From: a virus | Length of the DNA: 64,000 bases | Direction: 5' to 3' (one strand) | IMG/VR virus record: IMGVR_UViG_3300027801_001565 | In this document: positions 46,478-55,186 of the stretch, piece after piece | How the letters are laid out: every line of letters starts with the position of its first letter | Position numbering within the stretch: position 1 is the first letter of the stretch | Notes under the pieces: generated by a model | What the model was told of the DNA's origin: nothing | The model's input: only the letters and a program-made list of their open reading frames with translations | The model's database searches: none | Program-made: the position numbers and the translations under genes

Positions 46478-47380
46478 CTAAAATTCGTCGATGACATCAA
46501 TCATATGTTTCATCTTATGCTTAATAAAATAATTCAACAAGTGAGACTTATCTCCACCTTGTTGAGCTGTATAACTATGTATAATACCTTCTTGTATCTC
46601 CTGTGGACATCTGGTTAGATCGACTAGTTCTTTATTACGATTATAGCCATGTGCCATGTCGCCATTAACAAAATGCTCTGGTCTTTGTGTTACCCACTCT
46701 GCTAATAGTTTCTTACGGATAGGAGTTTGTCTAATACCATCTACAAAACAGTTGTCTGGTGATAGCATGTTAGGTACGCCATCTCCCTTGTCACCTATAA
46801 TAATGTGTTCAAGTAGTATCTGCTCTGCTGGTACAGAAATCTTCACCCACTTCTTTTGTGCGGGTGCAAACTGTTTAATGTTGGGCCATTTCTGTAACTG
46901 TTGAAAGTCGTGATCTCCAGATATAATGAGGTAAGGTTCAGACACGTTATCGCCAAAATCTAACATGCCGTTATCCTCTGGTGTGCCACCGCTAGTCTGA
47001 CTATACCTAGCGAGTGTGCCTATAACATCATCAGCCTCAGCACCCTCTACGTTAATCACAGGGTACGGAAACACCTCATCTAACTCGTCTCTTACTAAGT
47101 TAAGAGCATCAAATATAGTACTCCAGTCCATGCCACTGTTATCCCTAGTCTTCTTACGTCCTGCTTTGTACTGAGGGAACACTTCACGTCTCCAGTAATG
47201 TCTGTTATCACAGGCTATTACCATTTCACCAAACTCTTCTCTGTGCTTCTTATTGTAAGCTCGTATGGTATTGAGGATCATGTGTCTAAGTAAAGGTACA
47301 TTAACATCCACATCAGATCTGCCACGGACCTCAGCCATGAAGGCACCAATTGCTACTTGATTATAATCTATAACTATCAT
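46478..47380 (-). CDS. rnh: T4-type RNase H (5'-3' exonuclease)
   Basis: IDYNQ, YWRR..FP.YKA.RK, EADDVIG, ISGDHDF.QL, GDKGDGVPN. Confidence 0.95.
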   Translation of the reverse strand: MIVIDYNQVAIGAFMAEVRGRSDVDVNVPLLRHMILNTIRAYNKKHREEFGEMVIACDNRHYWRREVFPQYKAGRKKTRDNSGMDWSTIFDALNLVRDELDEVFPYPVINVEGAEADDVIGTLARYSQTSGGTPEDNGMLDFGDNVSEPYLIISGDHDFQQLQKWPNIKQFAPAQKKWVKISVPAEQILLEHIIIGDKGDGVPNMLSPDNCFVDGIRQTPIRKKLLAEWVTQRPEHFVNGDMAHGYNRNKELVDLTRCPQEIQEGIIHSYTAQQGGDKSHLLNYFIKHKMKHMIDVIDEF

Positions 47381-48493
47381 TTACTGCACCTTCAATAGTA
47401 GCATGTTAGGATTAATACGAGTCTTAACAGGCATTTGCTTGCCTCGGATCTTACCTACATAATCCTGTATTGCCTTCTTGCTTAGTTTCATAAAGCCTTT
47501 GAGTTGTTCCTCATGCTTCCTTAGAGTCTTTTCATATGAGAGTTTGTCGTCATATCCTTGTATGCTTGTGCCATGTACCGTGAGCCCACCTTTATCTAAA
47601 GACATATACACTCCCAATCTCTTACGCTTAATATCGTAAGTCCATACCTCAGTACTACCTAGTATGTCAACAGGATTTATAGAAGCAATTTTAAGATCCT
47701 TCTCAGCCTTCATGTACCTTAGTCGCGATACTATCTTACGAGGATCCTGAGGCTTCTTACGTCTGACTACTTTCTTAGAAGTCTTAAACGTTTCTAGAGA
47801 TACTAGACCTTCGGCAAACCACTTCAACGTCTTCCTTAGATTGGGTGTATTAATAAAAGCGTATCCTTCTACCAACTGTTCGTCCCAATCACTCCTCGGA
47901 CCTTTAAGTTTACGGACTCTTGCTAACTCATCAAACTCTTGTTTGTTATCAGATAGTTCTTTATGTGCCTCTTCAACTTCCTTAGCATTTAAGCCTATAG
48001 AGTTAAGTAGGGATTCCATCGATTGATACTTTTTGCCAGTCTGTACATTATCCAAACTCTCATCAGTAGCAGTGAGGAACTGTCCAAGGTTAGGCCTTAT
48101 AACAACTACTTTAGGTTTAGATACTGCAACCTCTTTAGATGCTAGTTTCTTATCACCTTGTTCTAGTAAGTATTCAAGCTTCTTTTCAATAAAGTCTCTC
48201 AACTGTTGTGGCATGTATCCTACTTTACTGCTGAACCAAGCATGCTGTCCAATTGAAATGTAAGCATAGTCAGGGGCAGCTAAAACTCTAGTCTGAATGT
48301 CTTTAGTCCAGCCTGAAGTTTTAACCCAATCCCTGAATGCTTTATTAGATTCACGATCAGATATTTCCTGGTGTACAAAGTAGTTCGTACTTCTCCACGC
48401 AGCGTATCGTTCGTCTTCTGTTGTGGCCAGTGAGTGCACTGCCCAATTTGGCTCAGTAGTTAAGTACTGAGATCTGTTTTTAGATTTTGCCAT
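47381..48493 (-). CDS. Conserved T4-like hypothetical protein
   Basis: QLVEGY...SINP.DILG..EVW.Y..K.K.LGVY...KTLRK...RIN...LLLK; typical position upstream of rnh. Confidence 0.75.
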   Translation of the reverse strand: MAKSKNRSQYLTTEPNWAVHSLATTEDERYAAWRSTNYFVHQEISDRESNKAFRDWVKTSGWTKDIQTRVLAAPDYAYISIGQHAWFSSKVGYMPQQLRDFIEKKLEYLLEQGDKKLASKEVAVSKPKVVVIRPNLGQFLTATDESLDNVQTGKKYQSMESLLNSIGLNAKEVEEAHKELSDNKQEFDELARVRKLKGPRSDWDEQLVEGYAFINTPNLRKTLKWFAEGLVSLETFKTSKKVVRRKKPQDPRKIVSRLRYMKAEKDLKIASINPVDILGSTEVWTYDIKRKRLGVYMSLDKGGLTVHGTSIQGYDDKLSYEKTLRKHEEQLKGFMKLSKKAIQDYVGKIRGKQMPVKTRINPNMLLLKVQ

Positions 48494-48523
48494 TTAAGGA
48501 CTCCTTTTGTATTAATAGTAGTA

Positions 48524-48577
48524 ATTATACGACCTATTGAAGTACAAGTCAAGAAATCATTTCATCTTTTGGTCCTA
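48524..48577 (-). promoter_or_regulatory. Promoter TTGACT-17-TATAAT (AGGTCG class) with upstream TAGGACCAAAAGATG box
   Basis: Shared motifs with the sites at 6311, 58212 and 41746. Confidence 0.75.
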
Positions 48578-48919
48578 CTCGGTGTCGCTTAATACAAAAG
48601 TACTAGGATTTTTTGGTTGTTTCCTATTGTCTCCTAGTGACGCAAAGCTTATGACTGAATCATATCTCATTGAGCGCCAGCCATCATTCTCATAGTCGTA
48701 TACCACAAGTATGCCAGGTTTTGCTCTTGACGATAGCTCTTTGTTGTATTCTTCAGGCAATTCTTCCACTCGTAATGTGCAATACATTGTGCGGACATCA
48801 CCGTTAACCTTTTGGAATACAAATCTTCCGTATGTAGTCCTCAGTAGTTCTTCTATATCTCTTCGCCAGTCATCGTTGTTACGTTCTGGGTGGAAATTCA
48901 TTTCTTCTATATTAGCCAT
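48575..48919 (-). CDS. SH3/WYL-like beta-barrel protein (DUF2693-like)
   Basis: FQKVNGDVRTMYCTL...VYDYENDGWRSMR. Confidence 0.75.
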   Translation of the reverse strand: MANIEEMNFHPERNNDDWRRDIEELLRTTYGRFVFQKVNGDVRTMYCTLRVEELPEEYNKELSSRAKPGILVVYDYENDGWRSMRYDSVISFASLGDNRKQPKNPSTFVLSDTE

Positions 48920-50508
48920 TATTTGTTACCTTTCTTTTTGTCTATTAACCATTGTAAGTCTACTTCCTTCTTAGGATCCATAGCAGACTCTTTTCCATAT
49001 TTGTTTGATACCCATTCATCATCGTCATCGTGAGCTAGAATTATAGGACCTTTTAAATGTTCTGGTCCTAAGGTTCCATCTGCTGGTAACTCAATGAGTA
49101 TATCAACATCTTCACGCACTTTTACTTCATCCTTCAGTTTAAAATATTGTTGCCAAGGATCCTTAGTTGTTATGCTACTACTAGCAGCCCAACTACCTTC
49201 TTCTGGTTTCTCTCCTGCTTCAAGTTCCGGTACACTTTCTTGTACGTCTTCTTGTGCAATTTCTACACTTTCTTGCGGTTCATCCTCAACTGCCTCTATT
49301 TCATCATCCATAACCACTGACGTTGCATTGTCAGGCATTACGGCAACTGCGTATATCCGTTCACCACGTCTTTCCTTTAAACTTAAATTAGCTGCTATAA
49401 CTAATATGATCGCTAAAGGATCGAATACAAATATAAGTAGCATTATAACAAATTGTACAGCTTTGTCAACTGCTGCTGTACCACTTTCGCCATATAATAG
49501 TTGTGCTACATATTTAATCGGTCCTATCTCTTGTTCTAACTCTCTAACAACAGAGTTCTTGGCATATAAGTCTGTGCTATAGTCCTCTATTGAGATATAA
49601 ACTGCGTCTATTTGTCCCTGGAGATCATCGATTTGTATGTCTCTATTAGATTGTGCTGAACCCTCATTATCTCTTAGTCTGTTTATCTCAGCATTGGCAT
49701 TGTCTATTGTTGTTTGTGTGGATGTTCTGTATTCTACTATCTGATTACGATATCCTGATATCTGTTGTTCTGCGTATCCTCTGAGCTCTGTCATCTTATC
49801 ATCAATAACACCTCTCTCAGTTTTTTGTTCTTCCCGTACTTCTAAGCCTGTTGCCACATTATCTCTACGATTAAAGGCTCCGCCTGTAGTACCTTGGCTT
49901 GTATAAGATGCTACTATAGCGTCTAAACCGTCTACCTTTGACTGCTGTAGTGCCAAATCAGTGTCCAAACTAGCTCTAATCTTATCTATTTGCTGTTCTG
50001 AGTAGTCTATGTCACCTTGTATTCTTTCCCAGCTCGTATCTCGTATCTCTTCCTGTTGACGTATAGATTCTGTAACATCTAATACACCACCATCTTCTAT
50101 TCTTTGTATCCTGTCTTCTAATGTGGTTATCTTCTCCTTCTCTCTATCAACCAACGATTGTAATCTAACTACCTCAGCTCCTGCGTCTCCAGAGCTAGCT
50201 GCTTGGTCCATGTGTGCCTTACTTAGGAATCCAAATATACCAACAGAGGTTATGATAGATAACACAATGACTGCAAGTATCATGTATGTCTTCATTAGGA
50301 AGCCTATGCGTTCCCAATACTGATACACCCAAGATGCTGTTACTAGTTTAGCTATCTCTAATACTACACCCATTGCCAGTATGGCCATAGGGAGAGCAGA
50401 AAATATTGCAATAAGGCCTGCAATGGAGAAGTACGCAGCCACTACTGATATAGCAAGTGCTGAGAACAGCGTCATTATGATAAATGATAGGTTGGATTGT
50501 TTAACCAT
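48919..50508 (-). CDS. Multi-TM coiled-coil membrane protein
   Basis: AAYFSIAGL, LEIAKLV, ITSVGIFGFLSKAH, IGPIKYVA, IFVFDPLAI; start uncertain. Confidence 0.75.
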   Translation of the reverse strand: MVKQSNLSFIIMTLFSALAISVVAAYFSIAGLIAIFSALPMAILAMGVVLEIAKLVTASWVYQYWERIGFLMKTYMILAVIVLSIITSVGIFGFLSKAHMDQAASSGDAGAEVVRLQSLVDREKEKITTLEDRIQRIEDGGVLDVTESIRQQEEIRDTSWERIQGDIDYSEQQIDKIRASLDTDLALQQSKVDGLDAIVASYTSQGTTGGAFNRRDNVATGLEVREEQKTERGVIDDKMTELRGYAEQQISGYRNQIVEYRTSTQTTIDNANAEINRLRDNEGSAQSNRDIQIDDLQGQIDAVYISIEDYSTDLYAKNSVVRELEQEIGPIKYVAQLLYGESGTAAVDKAVQFVIMLLIFVFDPLAIILVIAANLSLKERRGERIYAVAVMPDNATSVVMDDEIEAVEDEPQESVEIAQEDVQESVPELEAGEKPEEGSWAASSSITTKDPWQQYFKLKDEVKVREDVDILIELPADGTLGPEHLKGPIILAHDDDDEWVSNKYGKESAMDPKKEVDLQWLIDKKKGNK

Positions 50509-50875
50509 CTTGAGGACTCCATTGAATTGGTTCAAAGTCTTTTAAAAAGCTAGCTCTTATTCTTACATGTAACATATCGTTGATACATTTCTCGTCGTGT
50601 CGTTGTTGCCATTGTAATAAGAACTCCTGCATCTTTGCTGGTGCTCTAGTAGGGTATTCAATTATTACTTCTTTTGTAAGTAATGCCTCACCCTCATGTG
50701 GTTTACAATCAGCTGTCGCCTCTGCTAGTACTGCTTTGATCTTAGTTGAGCTACCAAAGTATTTCTCGAACTGTTTATCTGTCTTACAAGAGTATCCAAT
50801 GTAGTATCTTCCGTCTGGGAAATAGGTACAATATACTCTGTGTGTTTGTATTGGTTTCTTTTTTCTTTTTGCCAT
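50501..50875 (-). CDS. GIY-YIG-like small nuclease-domain protein
   Basis: RVYC...YYIG...YFGSS...E...IN; start MAKRKK 5 nt after the late promoter at 50881-50888. Confidence 0.65.
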   Translation of the reverse strand: MAKRKKKPIQTHRVYCTYFPDGRYYIGYSCKTDKQFEKYFGSSTKIKAVLAEATADCKPHEGEALLTKEVIIEYPTRAPAKMQEFLLQWQQRHDEKCINDMLHVRIRASFLKDFEPIQWSPQDG

Positions 50876-50892
50876 AATAGTATTTATATGTG

Positions 50893-51249
50893 TTAATGTG
50901 ATCTCTTTCCGTCGAACACACATACAAAGTACATAGGATCGTCTGTATCGTTAATAACCTTATGGAACTCCCCATCCTTTATTAACACCACATTACCAGG
51001 TTTGACAACATGAAACACCTCATCTATTTGTAATATGCCTGAGCCACTAACAAATTGATAAACTTCTTCTTGGCCTGGATGTTTGTGTCCACTAGTAGAC
51101 TGGCGTGGATTAAGCAACGTGCTGCTTAATACTAAGTTATTTAATGTAGTGTTATCTTTAACAGTATACACTTCACTCTTTTTTGAGACATAACCACCAA
51201 TTTCATCAATAGTCAGTAATCTCTTCTTCTCCTTCAAACGGCTCGTCAT
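50893..51249 (-). CDS. Cupin-domain protein
   Basis: GHKH..QEEVY.F..G and G..VLI..GEFHKV.N; start uncertain. Confidence 0.8.
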   Translation of the reverse strand: MTSRLKEKKRLLTIDEIGGYVSKKSEVYTVKDNTTLNNLVLSSTLLNPRQSTSGHKHPGQEEVYQFVSGSGILQIDEVFHVVKPGNVVLIKDGEFHKVINDTDDPMYFVCVFDGKRSH

Positions 51250-51385
51250 TGACAAACTCCTCTTCCAATTCAAGCTCTTCTCCACAAAATGGACAGAACT
51301 CTACATTATAAAATGTGTGGTCTAAGTCGTGTAAGAATGAACCGACTCCCTCACATGATGAACATTCTACTCTTATCTTCTTCAT
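51206..51385 (-). CDS. Small Zn-ribbon protein with acidic tail (59 aa), not in the ORF track
   Basis: MKKIRVECSSC...FCPFCGEELELEEEF...; ATGA coupling. Confidence 0.75.
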   Translation of the reverse strand: MKKIRVECSSCEGVGSFLHDLDHTFYNVEFCPFCGEELELEEEFVNDEPFEGEEEITDY

Positions 51386-52293
51386 TTAATTACCTGCGAT
51401 AGTTTATCGGCTGCTTCTGTGTGCCACCAATCGCCTGCGTGAAACAAATCTCTTGCGTATTTGTTCACATTGAATAATATGTTTTCTTCCTCATCGTCAG
51501 AGTAGAAAACGCTCTTTAAAAACTGTTGTTTAAATACTTCCATGTCTCTATCGTATGGTCCACTAATATTAAGCCAATCGCAATTTACTTTATCCTTCAT
51601 AGGATCTGGTGAACTAATTTCTAATATAATAAGCTGTATTCCTTTATCCTTACAAATATTTTCAGCAAGTTTAAAATATATATGCTGTTCGAGTTCATCA
51701 ACACCCGTTGCTTCTCTTAAATGTAGTGACTGGATTGCGTTATCAGCCCACTCTTTCCCTCTCGTTCTTTCTATTCCTTCTCGGTACGCCAAAGTCCATG
51801 GTCCTACTGTTACCATCTTATCCTTTTCAGAAGGATCAGGTACTGAAAATAGTTGGGGTAATACTGATTGCATTATAACAGCCTTGGGGGCGTTGTAATT
51901 AGTTACAAGATTAACAAAATTATGCATCTGTTCTAAGTTACTAAACCCTGCCACACCCATATTGTAGACTGGTGTGTTAATAGTTCTTTGTAGTTTTTGT
52001 TGGAAAGTATCCTCATACGCAACACCACCGCCCTCTATGGGGCTGCTACCAAGGGTTACAATGTAGGGTTCGTATTGTATGTCCTGTAATAACTTGTCGT
52101 CTCTGAACCCGTCGCTATTGTATGTATATGTCAACTTGGACTTTGTGTTCGCATAGTTCCAAGCAATACCAAACCTTTCAGTTATTCTATCATACCATGC
52201 CTCATTGTCGGGTTCCATCCAATCATGTGCAACGTTTCTTTCATTATTCTTAACAATGAAACCATTAGGATCTAAGAAACTTTGTTGACTCAT
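51382..52293 (-). CDS. SGNH-like hypothetical protein
   Basis: YNSDGFR...LGSS..EG.GV...NMGVAG.SN...RDLFH.G. Confidence 0.6.
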   Translation of the reverse strand: MSQQSFLDPNGFIVKNNERNVAHDWMEPDNEAWYDRITERFGIAWNYANTKSKLTYTYNSDGFRDDKLLQDIQYEPYIVTLGSSPIEGGGVAYEDTFQQKLQRTINTPVYNMGVAGFSNLEQMHNFVNLVTNYNAPKAVIMQSVLPQLFSVPDPSEKDKMVTVGPWTLAYREGIERTRGKEWADNAIQSLHLREATGVDELEQHIYFKLAENICKDKGIQLIILEISSPDPMKDKVNCDWLNISGPYDRDMEVFKQQFLKSVFYSDDEEENILFNVNKYARDLFHAGDWWHTEAADKLSQVIK

Positions 52294-53276
52294 TTAGCTG
52301 CTCCCCACACCTCACCCCAGTCTCCTGATAAGGCGCCTCTTGCGTAATCTGTAGATCTATTCTCAAAGAAGTTTGTGTGAGTAGGAGCATTAATCATGTC
52401 CTCAACCCACAACAAAGGATTCTTCTTAACTTTAAATATGCCTTTCATCCCCATACTTATAAGTCGTCTATCTGCAATATATCTGATGTATGTCTTTACA
52501 TCTTTAGGTGTTAAGTTTTCCATATCACCCATGCTAAATGCCAAGTCGATAAACTTCTCTTCTAGTTCTACCATCTTCTCGGCTATTGTGTATATAGCAT
52601 TCTTTAGCTCATCATTCCAAAGCTCTTGGTTCTCTTCAATATAAGTTCTAAACAATTTAATCATTGACTCTGAGTGCATTGTCTCATCTACAATACTCCA
52701 TGTAATAATCTGTCCCATGCCTTTCATCTTACCGTGACGTGGGAAGTTTAACAACATAATAAAAGATGAGAACAACTGCATACCTTCTGTAAATGCTGAG
52801 AAGGCTGCAATGTTTGTAGCTACAGAAGCTGGTGTTCCGTTAGCTGCTGACAATTCCATGAAGTAATCATGCTTATCAGCCATTGTCTGATACTCTAGGA
52901 ACTCGCTGTATGTACTATCAGGCATACCCAATGTCTCAATTAAATGTGCGTAAGCAGCTACATGGAGAGCCTCTCTGGCTGCAAACCCTGACAACATCAT
53001 ACGGACTTCTGGTTGTGGGAAGTAGGGTAGGTAGTTGTTTACATACCCGCCTGCTACATCAATATCTCCTTGTACAAAGAATCTAAATATATTTGTAAGG
53101 AAAGACTTCTCAGGATCTGTTAGTCTAGATTTCCAGTCCTTGACATCATCTGCCATAGGTACTTCTGTGTGCAACCAATGTGATTGCTCATGTTTTAACC
53201 ATGCGTCATAAGCCCATGGATAATTGAACGGTTTGAAATAACTACGTTCATCTGTTAATTTTAATTTTGCCACCAT
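52290..53276 (-). CDS. nrdB: Ribonucleotide reductase class Ia beta subunit
   Basis: FFVQGDIDV, EALH..AY, EGMQLFSSF, DETMH, NFFENR. Confidence 0.96.
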   Translation of the reverse strand: MVAKLKLTDERSYFKPFNYPWAYDAWLKHEQSHWLHTEVPMADDVKDWKSRLTDPEKSFLTNIFRFFVQGDIDVAGGYVNNYLPYFPQPEVRMMLSGFAAREALHVAAYAHLIETLGMPDSTYSEFLEYQTMADKHDYFMELSAANGTPASVATNIAAFSAFTEGMQLFSSFIMLLNFPRHGKMKGMGQIITWSIVDETMHSESMIKLFRTYIEENQELWNDELKNAIYTIAEKMVELEEKFIDLAFSMGDMENLTPKDVKTYIRYIADRRLISMGMKGIFKVKKNPLLWVEDMINAPTHTNFFENRSTDYARGALSGDWGEVWGAAK

Positions 53277-53287
53277 ATCTTCCTCTA

Positions 53288-53947
53288 CTAATTTATACCA
53301 TTGTCTATATGTCCTGCTACTGCAAAACCCTGTTCCCTTTCTTTACACCAAAAACACTCACCACATCTGCCTCGTATCATCTCTACACAAGAGTGGGATA
53401 CTTCTGATATGCCTTCTAATATACCAAGACTATATGCTAGTGTAACTATCTCATCTTTTGTCATATCTGCAAATGGTTGTCTTATAATATCTTTTATGGG
53501 TGTTCCTTCGTGCACCGCATCACTATCCCTAGATAAATTCCTATCTCCTGGTGTGTGATAACTGCATAATGTTTTGTAATTGTCTGGATAGGCATTGACG
53601 CCGGTGTAAACTATGTCTGCATATCCATCTAAAATAATCTCTCTAATACCACCCATTAACTGAGCAGCTACTTCATCTCCTTGGTAAGGTTCGTCTCTAT
53701 TCCAATCTACAGAGTCTGCATGTACTACTATTGGGTGTAATTGTTTTGTGCCATAATGATTACAACTACCCTCCAACATTTTAGTAGCATATGTTAATGC
53801 ACCGTCTACTTTAGGAACAGTAAAAGGTATACATTTTTGATTCCGTGTTAAACACTCACCGTATATAATGTGCCACATTATTGAACTGTCAAACCCGCCC
53901 GATACTACGACACCTATTGTCTTATTATGGGGAATTTCTATTCGCAT
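53288..53947 (-). CDS. QueC-like PP-loop ATPase
   Basis: VSGGFDS PP-loop; PF....K..IV; SC......CGECFWC.ER Zn motif. Confidence 0.7.
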   Translation of the reverse strand: MRIEIPHNKTIGVVVSGGFDSSIMWHIIYGECLTRNQKCIPFTVPKVDGALTYATKMLEGSCNHYGTKQLHPIVVHADSVDWNRDEPYQGDEVAAQLMGGIREIILDGYADIVYTGVNAYPDNYKTLCSYHTPGDRNLSRDSDAVHEGTPIKDIIRQPFADMTKDEIVTLAYSLGILEGISEVSHSCVEMIRGRCGECFWCKEREQGFAVAGHIDNGIN

Positions 53948-54606
53948 ATTACCTCTGCTAACCTTTTAATTGACTTTGGCCCTGGGTGCATATTATCAAA
54001 GCCTCTGTCTAAGAATTCGAGATGATATAAACCCTTTGCCCAACTATATTTGTACCAACCTATTTCTAATGCAGTTGGATTTAAAACTCCAGGCGCTCGC
54101 ACCACTGGTTTTATATACCATTCAAATATCTCTGTTCTACCTTTACACATTTCTCTTACTGCCATCATATAGTCTGATGTTCTTACTAATAAAGTCTTTG
54201 GACATAGCGAAATCATATCTTTTCCCACACCCATCTCCGGGGTGATATTCGATGTCCAATGTCCTATTGCCTCTACTGATAAAACATCTGCATTTTGCTC
54301 ATTCACAACACACATTCTCCAAGGAGACGTCCATCCTATTACTACTTTCTTTGGATAACCATGTTCTGTTACATGTCGTACAAACTTTTTAAATATGTGT
54401 TCATTAGACTGTGCTGGATAACCAAAGTTATAAACCTTCTTTGCCTGTATATTTTCTAGTTGTACGTGCAGTCTATCTTCTTCATCTATTGCCTCGCCCC
54501 ATGTACAAGAATCACCGTACAAGGCTACAGAATCTGCCCACTCAACGCCTGGTCCATCGTAATGAGGGCGATGTCCTTTTATAGGAGTGTAATATAGCTT
54601 AATAAT
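53938..54606 (-). CDS. SGNH-like protein, probably with a non-ATG start
   Basis: LYGDSCTWG, NFGYPAQSN, DNMHPG; frame open upstream to 54618 without ATG; AAGGAG 7 nt before ATT. Confidence 0.6.
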   Translation of the reverse strand: MIKLYYTPIKGHRPHYDGPGVEWADSVALYGDSCTWGEAIDEEDRLHVQLENIQAKKVYNFGYPAQSNEHIFKKFVRHVTEHGYPKKVVIGWTSPWRMCVVNEQNADVLSVEAIGHWTSNITPEMGVGKDMISLCPKTLLVRTSDYMMAVREMCKGRTEIFEWYIKPVVRAPGVLNPTALEIGWYKYSWAKGLYHLEFLDRGFDNMHPGPKSIKRLAEVICE

Positions 54607-55186
54607 ATGCGTTCTCCTTTATACTATGATCTGTAACATCTCTTACGCCTTTAAGCTCAGGTATTGCAGCCATCAATTGGCTTTCAACCCCATGCTTTAA
54701 TGTTGCGTCTACTCCAGCACATCCTTGACATCCGCCACCAAAACTTAATACTACTATATTGTCTTCAGTTATCTCTACCAGATTACATTCACCACCATGT
54801 TGAGCGACACCAGGATTTATATCGTTATATAGAATATAATTAACTCTATCTACTAGTGTAGCATCTTCTCCTACCTGAGGCGTGCGTGCCTGTGGAGCTT
54901 TGATAGTAAGTTGTGCGTTGGTATTGTGTGTTGCATAATCTACTATTGCGTCCTCTAAGTAAGGTACACTCTTTTTATCTATGTATACCTTAAAGGTTTT
55001 GTATTGCTCAAACAAATCATCATCTAGTTCTTCACCAGGTGCCGAAAAGGCAAGACAAGTCTCTGCCCGTACCTGGCCTGCATTCTCAATAAATATTCTT
55101 ACTGCAACATCTTTAATAGTGTGTTCTGTAAGTATCTTTGTGAGGAACTCTTGTGCCTCAGCTGTTATGGTTACTGGATTTATCAT
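54599..55186 (-). CDS. nfuA: Fe/S biogenesis protein NfuA
   Basis: A-type N-terminal domain plus NifU-C domain INP..AQHGG...FGGGCQGC...TLKHGVE; VRDVTDH...AYY end typical of gammaproteobacterial NfuA. Confidence 0.92.
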   Translation of the reverse strand: MINPVTITAEAQEFLTKILTEHTIKDVAVRIFIENAGQVRAETCLAFSAPGEELDDDLFEQYKTFKVYIDKKSVPYLEDAIVDYATHNTNAQLTIKAPQARTPQVGEDATLVDRVNYILYNDINPGVAQHGGECNLVEITEDNIVVLSFGGGCQGCAGVDATLKHGVESQLMAAIPELKGVRDVTDHSIKENAYY

